A stretch of DNA of 64,000 nucleotides from an uncultured Bacteroidota bacterium. Its GTDB lineage: Bacteria > Bacteroidota > Bacteroidia > Flavobacteriales > TMED113. This document shows positions 19,657 through 29,038 of the stretch, in pieces. A program made the translations under genes and the position numbers. The notes under the pieces were generated by a model that searched no databases, was not told the DNA's origin, and saw only the letters and a list, made by a program, of their open reading frames with translations. The stretch covers positions 14,409-78,408 of the forward strand of contig CABYOB010000001.1 in the NCBI GenBank assembly GCA_902520385.1. Reading direction: 5' to 3'. The stretch's first letter is position 1, and every line of letters starts with the position of its first letter.

Positions 19657-21435
19657 CTACGCTTCACAGTCTTTACACTCTTTGCTTTGTGCAAATTTTT
19701 GTGCTGCATTCATACTGTGTTGATAATATAGAGATTTTAGCCCTAGTTTCCATGCAGTGATATAGAGTTTATTTATTTGTTTTGCTGGCATTTCTGGGCT
19801 AATCATAACATTTAATGATTGCCCTTGGTCAATATATGTTTGTCTTCCAGCAGCTTGAAGTATTATATCCATTTGATCAATTTCAGCATAAGTTCTGAAA
19901 ACGTCTTTTTCTTTATTAGTTAAAAAATCTAACCCTTGAACTGATCCGTCAGCATCTCTAATTTCATCCCAAACTTCTTTTGTGTTTTTGTTTTTTTCTT
20001 TTAATAGTTTAATTAAAAAAGGATTTTTTATTGTTGTTTTTACTTTAGCTATATCCTTAACATATATGTTAGACCATGTTGGTTCAATTCCCTGAGAGAC
20101 TTGACCCAAAATAAAAGCAGATGAAGTTGTTGGAGCAATAGCATTTAAAGTTGCATTTCGGCGACCATATCCTTTTAGGGTCTTAGGCTCACCAAAATGT
20201 TCAGATAATTCTTTGGAGGCTTTATAAGACTTTTCTTGTATTAATTTAAATACTTCATTATTAATTTTAAATGACTCTGGACTATTAAAAGGTAGCATTT
20301 TAGACTGAAGTAAAGAGTGCCAACCTAAAACACCTAAACCTAGTGCTCTGTTTTCTTTAGCAAAATTATATGCCCTTTCCATAAACAAAAATGTTTGCTG
20401 GTCATCTTTGTTTGGGGAGTCTCTATAAACTTCTAGTTTTTCAAGAAACTCAGTAATGATAGCATCTAGAAAATAAACCATTGTTTCGACGGCATCTGTA
20501 TTTTTCCATTTGTCGTAGTGTAAAACATTTAATGAAGATAAAACACAAACAAAAGACCAATGATCATTTGTGGGTAGCATAATTTCTGTACAAAGATTAC
20601 TGGCATTAATAGTGTGGTTTTTATCTTTAAATACTTTAGGTGCGCCTTGGTTTGCTTTGTCTTTATAAAATATATATGGATAACCAATTTCTCCACGTCT
20701 TTGGATAACCTTTGCCCAAATATTTCTTTTTTCTTGGTCGCCATTAATCATGTCTTCCATCCATTTGTCTGTAACTGTTACACCATGCGTTAACTCTTGT
20801 ATTGGATTGCCTTCAGTACCTATGTCTAAGAATTCCGATATGTCTTGGTGTTCTATTGGTAAGTAAGGAGAAAACCTTCCTCTTCTAACAGAGCCTTGAC
20901 TCACTACATCAACCATACTTTCAAAAAGTTGCATTATATGAACTGATCCAGATGCTTCTCCGTTATTTTTGACTGCGGCTCCACGATGTCTGATATGACC
21001 AAAATATCCTGAAGTTCCCCCTCCTAATTTTGACATCATTCCAACTTCAGATTGGCTGTATAATATATTTCCCATATCATCAGAAATATTGGACCCAAAA
21101 CAGCTAATTGGCAAACCTCTTTTCTTTCCAAAATTGGACCAGACGGGAGAGGCTAAAGAATAAAAACCTTCTGACATGTAGTGGTAGAATTTATCACTAT
21201 AACCTTTTATGCCAAGAATTTCTTCCGCTCTATTTGCAATTTCTCTTATTCTTGTTTCGGCTTTAGTATTTGGGTCTATATAACCAGCAGCAAGAAAGTT
21301 TCTACTATGTTCAGTTAGCCAATTAAATCCATTTTTTTTAACATTTTCTGGATTTAAAATATTTTCTTTAGTAGAATTATTTGTTGTTTTTTGATCTATT
21401 GTATTGATATCTATTGTTTTTGTTAATTTATCCAT
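19657..21435 (-). CDS. nrdA: class I ribonucleotide reductase large subunit lacking an ATP-cone
   Basis: Active-site NASNLCTEI, C-terminal Cys pair CKDCEA. At 592 aa, the N-terminus goes from a short low-complexity leader straight into the R1 N-domain (NGFNWLTEHSRNFLAAGY) with no ATP-cone. Confidence 0.9.
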   Translation of the reverse strand: MDKLTKTIDINTIDQKTTNNSTKENILNPENVKKNGFNWLTEHSRNFLAAGYIDPNTKAETRIREIANRAEEILGIKGYSDKFYHYMSEGFYSLASPVWSNFGKKRGLPISCFGSNISDDMGNILYSQSEVGMMSKLGGGTSGYFGHIRHRGAAVKNNGEASGSVHIMQLFESMVDVVSQGSVRRGRFSPYLPIEHQDISEFLDIGTEGNPIQELTHGVTVTDKWMEDMINGDQEKRNIWAKVIQRRGEIGYPYIFYKDKANQGAPKVFKDKNHTINASNLCTEIMLPTNDHWSFVCVLSSLNVLHYDKWKNTDAVETMVYFLDAIITEFLEKLEVYRDSPNKDDQQTFLFMERAYNFAKENRALGLGVLGWHSLLQSKMLPFNSPESFKINNEVFKLIQEKSYKASKELSEHFGEPKTLKGYGRRNATLNAIAPTTSSAFILGQVSQGIEPTWSNIYVKDIAKVKTTIKNPFLIKLLKEKNKNTKEVWDEIRDADGSVQGLDFLTNKEKDVFRTYAEIDQMDIILQAAGRQTYIDQGQSLNVMISPEMPAKQINKLYITAWKLGLKSLYYQHSMNAAQKFAQSKECKDCEA

Positions 21436-21436
21436 G

Positions 21437-22711
21437 TTAAAAAAGGTCTTCTCCTGTTATACTTTGTGATTTTTTACTATAGTTTATAGATCTTTTTACA
21501 AAAAAATCTCCATGTTTTGTTGCAATTAGTTCATCATTAAACCACTCTGTCTTATTTAAGATTGCTTCATCAGTTTTAAAAACCTTGTCAACCCCGATAC
21601 TCTCAAGAGATCTGTTAAATCTATCTTTTATAAACTCATTAATTTCTTTTTTTGGCAAAAAGTCTAATTCACCTTTTTCAAAAATCCAGTCTATTATGCT
21701 GCTTTCTGCCTCAAATGCATTTTTGCACATTTCTTGAATTCTACTTTCATATAGAACATCGAACCAAGTGGGGTTTTCAGATTTGATAATTTTAATTAAA
21801 TCAATGCCAAAATCACCATGAATTTGTTCTTCTTTTGAAGTGGCTTCCACAACATTAGAGACTCCTTTAAGCATATTTCTGTGTTTATTAAATGCCATTA
21901 TAATTAGAAATTGTGAAAAAAGGGAAACGTGTTCAATGAAAAGAGAAAATAACAGAACCGCCTCGGCATATTCTTTATTCTCTTCACTTTTAGAGCTACT
22001 TAATGCCGCTTCAAGATATCTAACTCTTTTCATTATTACTGGATTTTTTTTTAGGTTCTTAAATTCTTGATTTAGTCCTAAAATTTCCAATAAGTGAGAG
22101 TAAGCATCTGCGTGACGCACTTCACTTTCCGCAAAAGTTGCACCTACTGAGCCAATTTCAGGCTTAGGTATTTTATGGTATATATCACCCCAAAAACTTT
22201 TAACTGCTACTTCAATTTGCGAAATTGCTAGCATGGTATTTTTTATAGCATTTTTCTCAGAATCTGAAAGTCTTGTTTTAAAATCTTGAATATCACTTGT
22301 GAAGTTAAACTCAGTGTGAATCCAATATGAGTGTCTAATAGCAGGAACGTATTCGTATAATTCGGGGTATTCATATGGTTTTAGAGTAATTCTTTTTTCA
22401 AAAATATTTCTTTTTCTTTTTTGATTTTGTGTATTTCTGTAAAGAATATATGCCTTTGCTACGTCTAGAAACTCACTTTGCATTAATTTTTTTTCTACTA
22501 AATCTTGTATTTCTTCTACGTTAGGAGTATAGTTAGGAATTTTGATAGCACGAGCTATCAAACTTTTATTGACTTCATTTGCAATTTTTTCAGCATCTTG
22601 TAAATCTCCGTTGTTTACAGAGATCATAGCCTTTAGTATAGCATCAGTAATTTTTTCTAATTTAAATTGTCTTTTATCATGACTTCGCTTAAAAATGCTT
22701 TCTACTTGCAT
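21437..22711 (-). CDS. nrdB: class I ribonucleotide reductase small subunit with N-terminal ATP-cone fusion
   Basis: N-terminal roughly 90 aa VESIFKRSHDKRQFKLEKITDAILKAM...LDVAKAYILYRN is ATP-cone-like. It is followed by ferritin-like R2 metal motifs AESEVRHADAY, FIEHVSLF and SKEEQIHGDFG. A 1-nt gap separates it from nrdA. Confidence 0.9.
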   Translation of the reverse strand: MQVESIFKRSHDKRQFKLEKITDAILKAMISVNNGDLQDAEKIANEVNKSLIARAIKIPNYTPNVEEIQDLVEKKLMQSEFLDVAKAYILYRNTQNQKRKRNIFEKRITLKPYEYPELYEYVPAIRHSYWIHTEFNFTSDIQDFKTRLSDSEKNAIKNTMLAISQIEVAVKSFWGDIYHKIPKPEIGSVGATFAESEVRHADAYSHLLEILGLNQEFKNLKKNPVIMKRVRYLEAALSSSKSEENKEYAEAVLLFSLFIEHVSLFSQFLIIMAFNKHRNMLKGVSNVVEATSKEEQIHGDFGIDLIKIIKSENPTWFDVLYESRIQEMCKNAFEAESSIIDWIFEKGELDFLPKKEINEFIKDRFNRSLESIGVDKVFKTDEAILNKTEWFNDELIATKHGDFFVKRSINYSKKSQSITGEDLF

Positions 22712-22750
22712 GTCGTATTATTTTTTATTCTTTGGTATAAACTATGTAGC

Positions 22751-22758
22751 CAAATTTA
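22751..22758 (-). promoter_or_regulatory. candidate -7 promoter box (TAAATTTG on minus strand) for nrdBA
   Basis: Plus strand caaattta, 40 nt upstream of the nrdB ATG (22711). Confidence 0.35.
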
Positions 22759-23117
22759 CAATTAAACAATTTTTTTTCTTTTAAAAATAAAATCTCTTTT
22801 CAACAATCTTTTTTTCATAAATACACAAAAGAGTAATTTATGAAACACAATAATTTTCTTTCAGTATTAGTTTTTAGCTAATAATTTGAGTCAAATATTT
22901 CTTAGACTACTTATTCACATAAGTAGTTGAAAAGTATTCAATAAAAATTTTATTTCAACGCAGGATAACTACGATTGACAAATATTTAACATTAAATTAA
23001 ATTGAACAACATACTTATGAAAAAAAAATCAAATACTTATTAACAATTTGTAGTAATTTTTGATTTATAAGTCATGAAAGTATTATGACGAGATTGTTAA
23101 AAAGTAAAGCTTAAATT

Positions 23118-23678
23118 TTAATCCAAATTTATTTTGGAAATTAATTCTTGATACCAATTTTTCCCGTATTTTCTAATCAAGGCTTCTTTCAAAAAAGTAT
23201 AAACAGGTATTTTTAATTTTTTTCCAAGTTCACAGGCCTTTTCACAAATACTCCAGTGCTCATAGTTTAACTTTTCGAAGATATTTTGCTTTTCAATTCT
23301 TATAGGGTATAAATGGCAAGAGATAGGTTTTTTAAAAGATATTTCTCCATCATTAAAACTTTCTTCAAAGGCACATTTAGTTTGTCCATTTCTTTTGATT
23401 GAATACGCGCATTCTTTTCCATTATTGAGAGGGGTTTCTAGGTCTCCATTTTTTAATTTTACATAGGTTCCCTGTTTTTCTATTTCTTTTATACTTTCCG
23501 GATTTAATCTTTTTTTTACCTTATCAAAAACATTTTCAATTATTAAAACTTCTTCTTTTTCTAGAGGGGCCCCTGAATCTCCTTCAACACAACAAGCTCC
23601 TTTACATGCGTTTAAATCACAAACAAATTTTTTTTCTAGAATTTCTTTGCTAACTAAAGTATTTTTGACAAAAATCAT
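23118..23678 (-). CDS. DUF3109-like Cys-rich protein
   Basis: FVCDLNACKGACCVEGDSGAPL motif. I use the internal ATG at 23678 (MIFVKNTLVSKEILEKKF...), which removes the overlap with glyQS that the track start 23756 creates. Confidence 0.6.
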   Translation of the reverse strand: MIFVKNTLVSKEILEKKFVCDLNACKGACCVEGDSGAPLEKEEVLIIENVFDKVKKRLNPESIKEIEKQGTYVKLKNGDLETPLNNGKECAYSIKRNGQTKCAFEESFNDGEISFKKPISCHLYPIRIEKQNIFEKLNYEHWSICEKACELGKKLKIPVYTFLKEALIRKYGKNWYQELISKINLD

Positions 23679-23719
23679 CTTTATAATTATTTCATTAAAA
23701 ATACTAAATCTTTTTTCAT

Positions 23720-23727
23720 TACTTTTG
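23720..23727 (+). promoter_or_regulatory. candidate -7 promoter box (TACTTTTG) for glycine--tRNA ligase
   Basis: Exact TAnnTTTG ending 8 nt before the GTG start at 23735, implying a leaderless or near-leaderless mRNA. Confidence 0.35.
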
Positions 23728-23734
23728 GAATATT

Positions 23735-25258
23735 GTGAGTCAAAAAGAACAAACATTAAAGTTAATTATTTCCCATAGCAAAGAGTATGGTTTTGTGTTT
23801 CCTTCAAGTGAAATTTATGATGGAATATCTGCATTTTATGATTATGGACCATTCGGGGTTGAATTAAAAAATAATATAAAAAAATACTGGTGGCAGTCAA
23901 TGGTTCAGTTTCGATTAGATGTTGTAGGCCTAGATTCAGCTATATTTATGCATCCAAAGATATGGAAAGCTTCTGGTCACGTAGATGCTTTTAATGATCC
24001 CTTAATTGATAATAAAGATTCAAAAAAAAGGTATAGAGCTGATGAATTAATTGAGAATTACATCAGGAAAATCAATTTAAAAATAGAAAAAGAAATAAAG
24101 AAAGCATCCAAGAGATTTGGTTCAGATTTTGATCGAGATAAATTTCACAAAACTTCTCCTAGAATAAACAATTATTTAAGTGAAATAAAAGACATTTCAA
24201 ATAAAATGAATAGTTTTTTAAATAATGAGGAGTTTAAAAAAGTAAAAGATTTAATATATGATTTAAATATTGTTTGCCCAGTATCAGGAACATGTAATTG
24301 GACAGATGTTCGACAATTTAATTTAATGTTTGGCACAAAAGTAGGTTCTGTTTCTGATGAGGCTTCAAATTTATTTTTGAGACCTGAAACAGCTCAGGGT
24401 ATTTTTGTGAACTTTTTAAATGTTCAAAAATCCGCTAGAATGAAAATTCCGTTTGGTATAGCTCAAATTGGAAAAGCTTTTAGAAATGAAATCATTGCAC
24501 GCCAGTTTATTTTTAGAATGAGAGAGTTTGAGCAAATGGAGATGCAGTTTTTTGTTGAGCCAGGTAGTGAAATCAAGTGGTTTGAATATTGGAAGAAAGA
24601 AAGATTAAATTGGTATAAATCTTTAGGTATTTCAGATTCTAATTTAAAATACCATGATCATGAAAAATTGGCACATTATGCTAATGCAGCAACTGACATT
24701 GAGTTTAAATTCCCGTTTGGATTTAAAGAATTAGAGGGAATCCACTCAAGAACAGATTTTGACTTATCTAGTCATGCAAATGAAACAAATAAGAAAATAC
24801 AATATTTTGACCCAAAGTCGAGTACTAATTATACTCCCTATGTTGTAGAAACCTCTATAGGTTTAGACAGAATGTTTTTAGCAGTTCTTTGTGAGTCATA
24901 CAGGGAGGATAATAACGGAAAAGAAAAAAGAGTTTATTTAAAAATACCACCTGTTTTATCTCCATTCAAAGTTGCTATTTTACCTTTGGTTAAAAAAGAT
25001 AATTTGCCTGAAAAAGCAAAAGAACTATATCATACATTAATAAAAGATTTTAATTGTTATTATGAAGAAAAAGACTCAATAGGTAAAAGGTATAGAAGAC
25101 AGGATGCTATAGGCACTCCATTTTGTGTTACTATTGATCACGAAACCCTAGAGAACAACACAGTGACTATTAGAGATAGAGATACAATGTCTCAAGAAAG
25201 AATTAATATGGAAGATTTAAATAACATAATTAAAAAAAAGCTGTCTTTTAATTGTTAA
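23735..25258 (+). CDS. glyQS: glycine--tRNA ligase (homodimeric class II type)
   Basis: 507 aa, GTG start. EIYDGISAFYDYGPFGVELKNNIKKYWW, FRNEIIARQFIFRMREFEQMEMQFF and the GLDR motif are typical of alpha2 GlyRS. Confidence 0.9.
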   Translation: MSQKEQTLKLIISHSKEYGFVFPSSEIYDGISAFYDYGPFGVELKNNIKKYWWQSMVQFRLDVVGLDSAIFMHPKIWKASGHVDAFNDPLIDNKDSKKRYRADELIENYIRKINLKIEKEIKKASKRFGSDFDRDKFHKTSPRINNYLSEIKDISNKMNSFLNNEEFKKVKDLIYDLNIVCPVSGTCNWTDVRQFNLMFGTKVGSVSDEASNLFLRPETAQGIFVNFLNVQKSARMKIPFGIAQIGKAFRNEIIARQFIFRMREFEQMEMQFFVEPGSEIKWFEYWKKERLNWYKSLGISDSNLKYHDHEKLAHYANAATDIEFKFPFGFKELEGIHSRTDFDLSSHANETNKKIQYFDPKSSTNYTPYVVETSIGLDRMFLAVLCESYREDNNGKEKRVYLKIPPVLSPFKVAILPLVKKDNLPEKAKELYHTLIKDFNCYYEEKDSIGKRYRRQDAIGTPFCVTIDHETLENNTVTIRDRDTMSQERINMEDLNNIIKKKLSFNC

Positions 25259-25338
25259 GCCTTAAGATTACCTATTCTTTGTATATCTAATATTTTCTAA
25301 TTTATTGTTTTGTTATAAACAATCATAAATCTTAGATA

Positions 25339-25371
25339 TAAAAAAACTCCCTATAATTTAGAGAGTTTTTA
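25339..25371 (-). terminator. rho-independent terminator candidate downstream of tRNA-Phe (possibly bidirectional, also serving glyQS)
   Basis: On the minus strand: ACUCUC - 9-nt loop - GGGAGU (6 bp including one G-U) followed by U7. On the plus strand the same stem carries a C-A mismatch and is followed by U5. Confidence 0.45.
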
Positions 25372-25376
25372 AAGAG

Positions 25377-25449
25377 TGGTACCACCAGGAATCGAACCAG
25401 GGACACAAGGATTTTCAGTCCTTTGCTCTACCAACTGAGCTATGGTACC
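25377..25449 (-). tRNA. tRNA-Phe (anticodon GAA)
   Basis: The reverse complement folds by hand into a cloverleaf: acceptor GGTACCA/TGGTACC, D arm GCTC-AGTTGGTA-GAGC, anticodon arm AAGGA-CTGAAAA-TCCTT, variable GTGTC, T arm CCTGG-TTCGATT-CCTGG (one central U-U mismatch), discriminator A. 73 nt, CCA not encoded. Confidence 0.95.
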
Positions 25450-25464
25450 TTTTTAAAATGTTTC

Positions 25465-25472
25465 CAAATATA
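25465..25472 (-). promoter_or_regulatory. candidate -7 promoter box (TATATTTG on minus strand) for tRNA-Phe
   Basis: Plus strand caaatata, 15 nt upstream of the mature tRNA 5' end. Confidence 0.35.
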
Positions 25473-25540
25473 TAACAATATTTAGAATATATTATATACT
25501 ATGTTTTCATAAATTTAATCTAAATAATATTATTGATTAC

Positions 25541-26269
25541 ATGAAATTAATTATTGATGTGGGGAACACAAACATTAAAATAGGCATTTTTAAAGATGAT
25601 AAGATCTTAAAAAAAATTAGATTTAACAATGAAAAGAAAATAGATTTAACTTCAATTTTTTTAGATTTTCCAAATATAAATCAGGTTCTTTTTTGTGGTA
25701 AAAAAAGAAAACTAAAACAACAAATTAACAATATAATAAACAAGAAAAACGTTAATTTAATTGAATGGGATGATATTCAAAAAGACATGATTGATATAAA
25801 TTATGAAGTAAAAGAATTAGGTTTTGATAGACTAGGTGTTTCTGTTGGTGCTATTTATTTATATCCAAAGTTTAATAATCATTTAATAATTGACATAGGT
25901 TCTTGTATAACGTATGACCTTATATTAAATAAAAAGTATAAAGGAGGGCAAATTAGTCCAGGAATAAACATAAGGCTAAAATCATTATCATGTTTTACTA
26001 CTAGTTTACCTAATTTGCAATTTTTGAAACCAGAAAAGATGTTAGGTGATTCTACTAAAAACAGTATACAGTCTGGAGTTTTTTTTGGAGTTAATGATGA
26101 AATAAAAGCTAGAATAGAATTTTATAAAAAAGAAATTACTGAATTAAATGTAATTTTAACTGGGGGTGATGCTTTTCATTTTAAAAATAGAATTAAAAAT
26201 GTGTTTTTTGATGATGACTTATTAATGAAAGGTTTAAATTTGCTACTTAATTATAATGTTGAAAAATAA
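25541..26269 (+). CDS. coaX: type III pantothenate kinase
   Basis: MKLIIDVGNTNIKIG N-terminus, IIDIGSCITYD and TGGDA motifs. Confidence 0.9.
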   Translation: MKLIIDVGNTNIKIGIFKDDKILKKIRFNNEKKIDLTSIFLDFPNINQVLFCGKKRKLKQQINNIINKKNVNLIEWDDIQKDMIDINYEVKELGFDRLGVSVGAIYLYPKFNNHLIIDIGSCITYDLILNKKYKGGQISPGINIRLKSLSCFTTSLPNLQFLKPEKMLGDSTKNSIQSGVFFGVNDEIKARIEFYKKEITELNVILTGGDAFHFKNRIKNVFFDDDLLMKGLNLLLNYNVEK

Positions 26270-27560
26270 TATATATATAGTATTTTTTTTATTGACTAGT
26301 ATTTTACATGCTCAAGTCAACACCTCATCTCCATATTCTTTTTATGGTATAGGAAATATAAATCAAACGGGTTTTTCTCAAAATATTTGTATGAGTGGTA
26401 TTTCAAATGCTATTAACGATTCACACCATTTAAATTTTCAAAATCCTGCCAGTTATTCATTTTTAAATTTAACTTCTGTTGAGTTAGCATTTAAATTAAG
26501 TCAGTACAATATGCAACAGAGAGATTTGCAAAAATCAGACTTGCTCAGTAATATAATTGGTTTAGGTATAGGCTTTCCATTATCTAAAAATGTATCAATT
26601 TCATTAGGTTTCAAGCCATTTAGTTCTATTGGATATGATGTTGAGTATAGCGATTTCCAAACACAATCAAACACTTTAGGTGAAATGACATATAATTTTA
26701 CAGGTAATGGAGGATTAAATAAAGTTATTTTAGGAACAGCGTATAAGTTTAATATTAAAGAAGGTTTTGTTATATCGACAGGTATTAATTTAAATTATTA
26801 TGTAGGTACAATTTCTAGAATTAATTCAATTGAAATAGATTCAGTAGGATTTTATAATTATAGAGAAAATACTTCAAATTTAATTCGAGATTTTCAAATG
26901 AATTATGGTATTCTTATAGATCAAAAAATTTCTGATAAGAATTTATCCCTAGGTTTAGTTTTTTCCCCTCAAAGTAAATTAAAATCAATAGAAAATTTAT
27001 ATTCTCATACCTACACATTATCAGGGCAATACGAATATTTTGGAGATACCATTAAAGATATTAAAGAACAAGAGGGTTATTTGCAGCTACCAATTCATCT
27101 AGGTTCTGGAATAAATATATCTAAAAAAGATAATTGGATGGTTGGTTTTGATTATAACTATACAAATTGGAGTAATTATGCTTTATTTAACTTAAATTCA
27201 GATTATATAGAAGATTTAAATGAGTTTATACTAGGTGGATATTTTATACCAAAAATAGATGATATTCATAATTATTGGAATAGAGTTCAATACAGAATAG
27301 GGATATCATATGCATCAGGCTATTTAAATTTAGACTCTTTTGATTCAAGTCAGGGTTCAACCTTGGGCTTATTAAAGGATTATAAAATTAGCATAGGCCT
27401 GGGTATGCCAATACCAAAAAATAAAAGTCAATTGAATTTCGGATTCCAATTTGGAAAGAGGGGTGCTAATGAAAGTATTTTAATTGATGAAAAATATATT
27501 AATTTTATATTTTCAATGACTTTTAATGATAAGTGGTTTAAAAAACGTAAAATCCAATAA
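26256..27560 (+). CDS. predicted outer-membrane beta-barrel protein, function unknown
   Basis: Signal peptide ending LHAQ, then SPYSFYGIGN. Alternating-hydrophobicity strands run throughout, with aromatic-rich C-terminal strands. No family assigned with confidence. Confidence 0.45.
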   Translation: MLKNNIYIVFFLLTSILHAQVNTSSPYSFYGIGNINQTGFSQNICMSGISNAINDSHHLNFQNPASYSFLNLTSVELAFKLSQYNMQQRDLQKSDLLSNIIGLGIGFPLSKNVSISLGFKPFSSIGYDVEYSDFQTQSNTLGEMTYNFTGNGGLNKVILGTAYKFNIKEGFVISTGINLNYYVGTISRINSIEIDSVGFYNYRENTSNLIRDFQMNYGILIDQKISDKNLSLGLVFSPQSKLKSIENLYSHTYTLSGQYEYFGDTIKDIKEQEGYLQLPIHLGSGINISKKDNWMVGFDYNYTNWSNYALFNLNSDYIEDLNEFILGGYFIPKIDDIHNYWNRVQYRIGISYASGYLNLDSFDSSQGSTLGLLKDYKISIGLGMPIPKNKSQLNFGFQFGKRGANESILIDEKYINFIFSMTFNDKWFKKRKIQ

Positions 27561-27562
27561 CA

Positions 27563-29038
27563 ATGCAACATATAAAGTATATTTTAATAATTTTTATTTT
27601 CAATTTACCAATATTAAAATCACAGTGTTTAGACTTAATGTATGGCTGTGATACAGTTCAAACAAATAATAATTTAAGTAATTATACAGAGTACTATAAA
27701 CAAAAAAGTTTTAAGGATGCATACGAACCTTGGAAATGGTTAATTGAAAATGCACCTAAAAGAACAAAAAACTTATATCTACATGGTCCTAAAATTTTAA
27801 AAGGTTTAATAGAATCAACAAATGATGAACAAGAAAAACAAAAATTAATAGATTTTTTAATTTCTGTGTATGATAATAGACTGAAAAATTATCCAGGCAA
27901 AGAAGGTTATGTTTTAGCTTTAAAGGGAAAAGATATGTACAAGTATCGCTCTGGCACAATTGAAGAATTGAATCAGTGTCGTTCCGTTTTAAAAAATTCA
28001 TTTGAAACAGATGGATTAAATAGCACAGCGACAACAATTAATTATTATTTTAATGTATCATTAAAATTATTCCAAAAACAAGAGTTAAATAAGCAAGATT
28101 TAATGACTTTGTTTTCTGATGTTTCTGAAGTTGTAGATCATAGAGAAGCTAGTATATCACAGGAAATATTTGGGTTTAATTCAGATAGTACAAGAACATT
28201 ATCCTCTAAAGAGAAAAAGGCATTATCGAAATTAGAGGCAGAATTAGGTAGAATAGAAAAAGCAAAAATAAATGTTAACAAAAATTTTGAAAAAATCATT
28301 ACTAGTTGTGAACAATTAGTTGCACTTTATGAAGGATTTGATAGATTCGGAATTAATCAAGAGTGGAATAAAAGAAAGGAAAAGTATGATAAGACATACA
28401 CTGAATTTAAAAGCAGCGGTGATAAGGAAAAAGATTTAAAGTGGCTTAATAGAACTGCAGAAATATTTATCAAGAAGGATTGTATGGAAAGTGAATTTTA
28501 CTTACAAGTAGTTACATTATTACATGAAATGAATCCTACAGCAGAATCTGCTTTTAAAATGGGAAAAAGACTATATGCGAAGAAAGAGTACTCAGACGCT
28601 ATAAGTTATTTTAAGGAAGCTTTTGAAAATGAAAGTACTGATAATATTAAAAAATCTAAGTATGCATTTTACACTGCTGCGGCCTCGGCTTTAGTTGGAA
28701 GTAATTCAACAGCTAGGAGTTATGCACTTAAGGCAGCTAATTTTCGAAAAAATTGGGGAGAACCGTATATTTTAGTAGGAAAATTATATGCACAAACTTC
28801 TTCAAAGTGTGGGAATGATCCCGCTTCCAAAAAAGCAGGATATTGGGCTGCGATGGATAAGTTTCAATTAGCTAAAAAGATTGATAAATCTTGTGAAAGA
28901 GAGGCGAATAAATTGATTTCAGATTATTCAAAAAGAGTTCCAACAAAAAGTCTATGGCGAGATAATGTTCCAAACCCTGATTCAAAAACCTATAAAATTA
29001 ATTGTTGGTATACAGAAACCGTAAGAGTAAGATTTTGA
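27563..29038 (+). CDS. secreted helical-repeat (TPR-like) protein, function unknown
   Basis: Signal peptide ending LKSQ. TPR-like stretch AFKMGKRLYAKKEYSDAISYFKEAFEN. 491 aa. Confidence 0.4.
   Translation: MQHIKYILIIFIFNLPILKSQCLDLMYGCDTVQTNNNLSNYTEYYKQKSFKDAYEPWKWLIENAPKRTKNLYLHGPKILKGLIESTNDEQEKQKLIDFLISVYDNRLKNYPGKEGYVLALKGKDMYKYRSGTIEELNQCRSVLKNSFETDGLNSTATTINYYFNVSLKLFQKQELNKQDLMTLFSDVSEVVDHREASISQEIFGFNSDSTRTLSSKEKKALSKLEAELGRIEKAKINVNKNFEKIITSCEQLVALYEGFDRFGINQEWNKRKEKYDKTYTEFKSSGDKEKDLKWLNRTAEIFIKKDCMESEFYLQVVTLLHEMNPTAESAFKMGKRLYAKKEYSDAISYFKEAFENESTDNIKKSKYAFYTAAASALVGSNSTARSYALKAANFRKNWGEPYILVGKLYAQTSSKCGNDPASKKAGYWAAMDKFQLAKKIDKSCEREANKLISDYSKRVPTKSLWRDNVPNPDSKTYKINCWYTETVRVRF

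Noticed and set aside
22762-22818. 18-codon minus-strand ORF MKKRLLKRDFIFKRKKIV in the nrdB upstream region (and 8-13-codon ORFs at about 22840, 23017, 23074)
   Set aside because: Too short, and its Lys/Arg/Phe content is what A/T-rich DNA encodes by default. It ends just upstream of the putative nrdB promoter box (22751-22758). No support for translation.
22712-23117. Possibility that the long AT-rich gap is the chromosomal replication origin
   Set aside because: There is only one 9-mer fitting TTATNCACA, and the two other CACA elements have two mismatches each. No dnaA, dnaN or other origin-linked gene is nearby, and there is no switch in gene-strand bias around it. It cannot be excluded without GC-skew analysis of the whole contig, so I report it only as a regulatory-region finding.
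25304-25323. 7-bp hairpin attgttt-tgttat-aaacaat downstream of glyQS
   Set aside because: All but one pair is A-T and no U-tract follows on either strand. The stronger hairpin at 25339-25371 better explains termination here.
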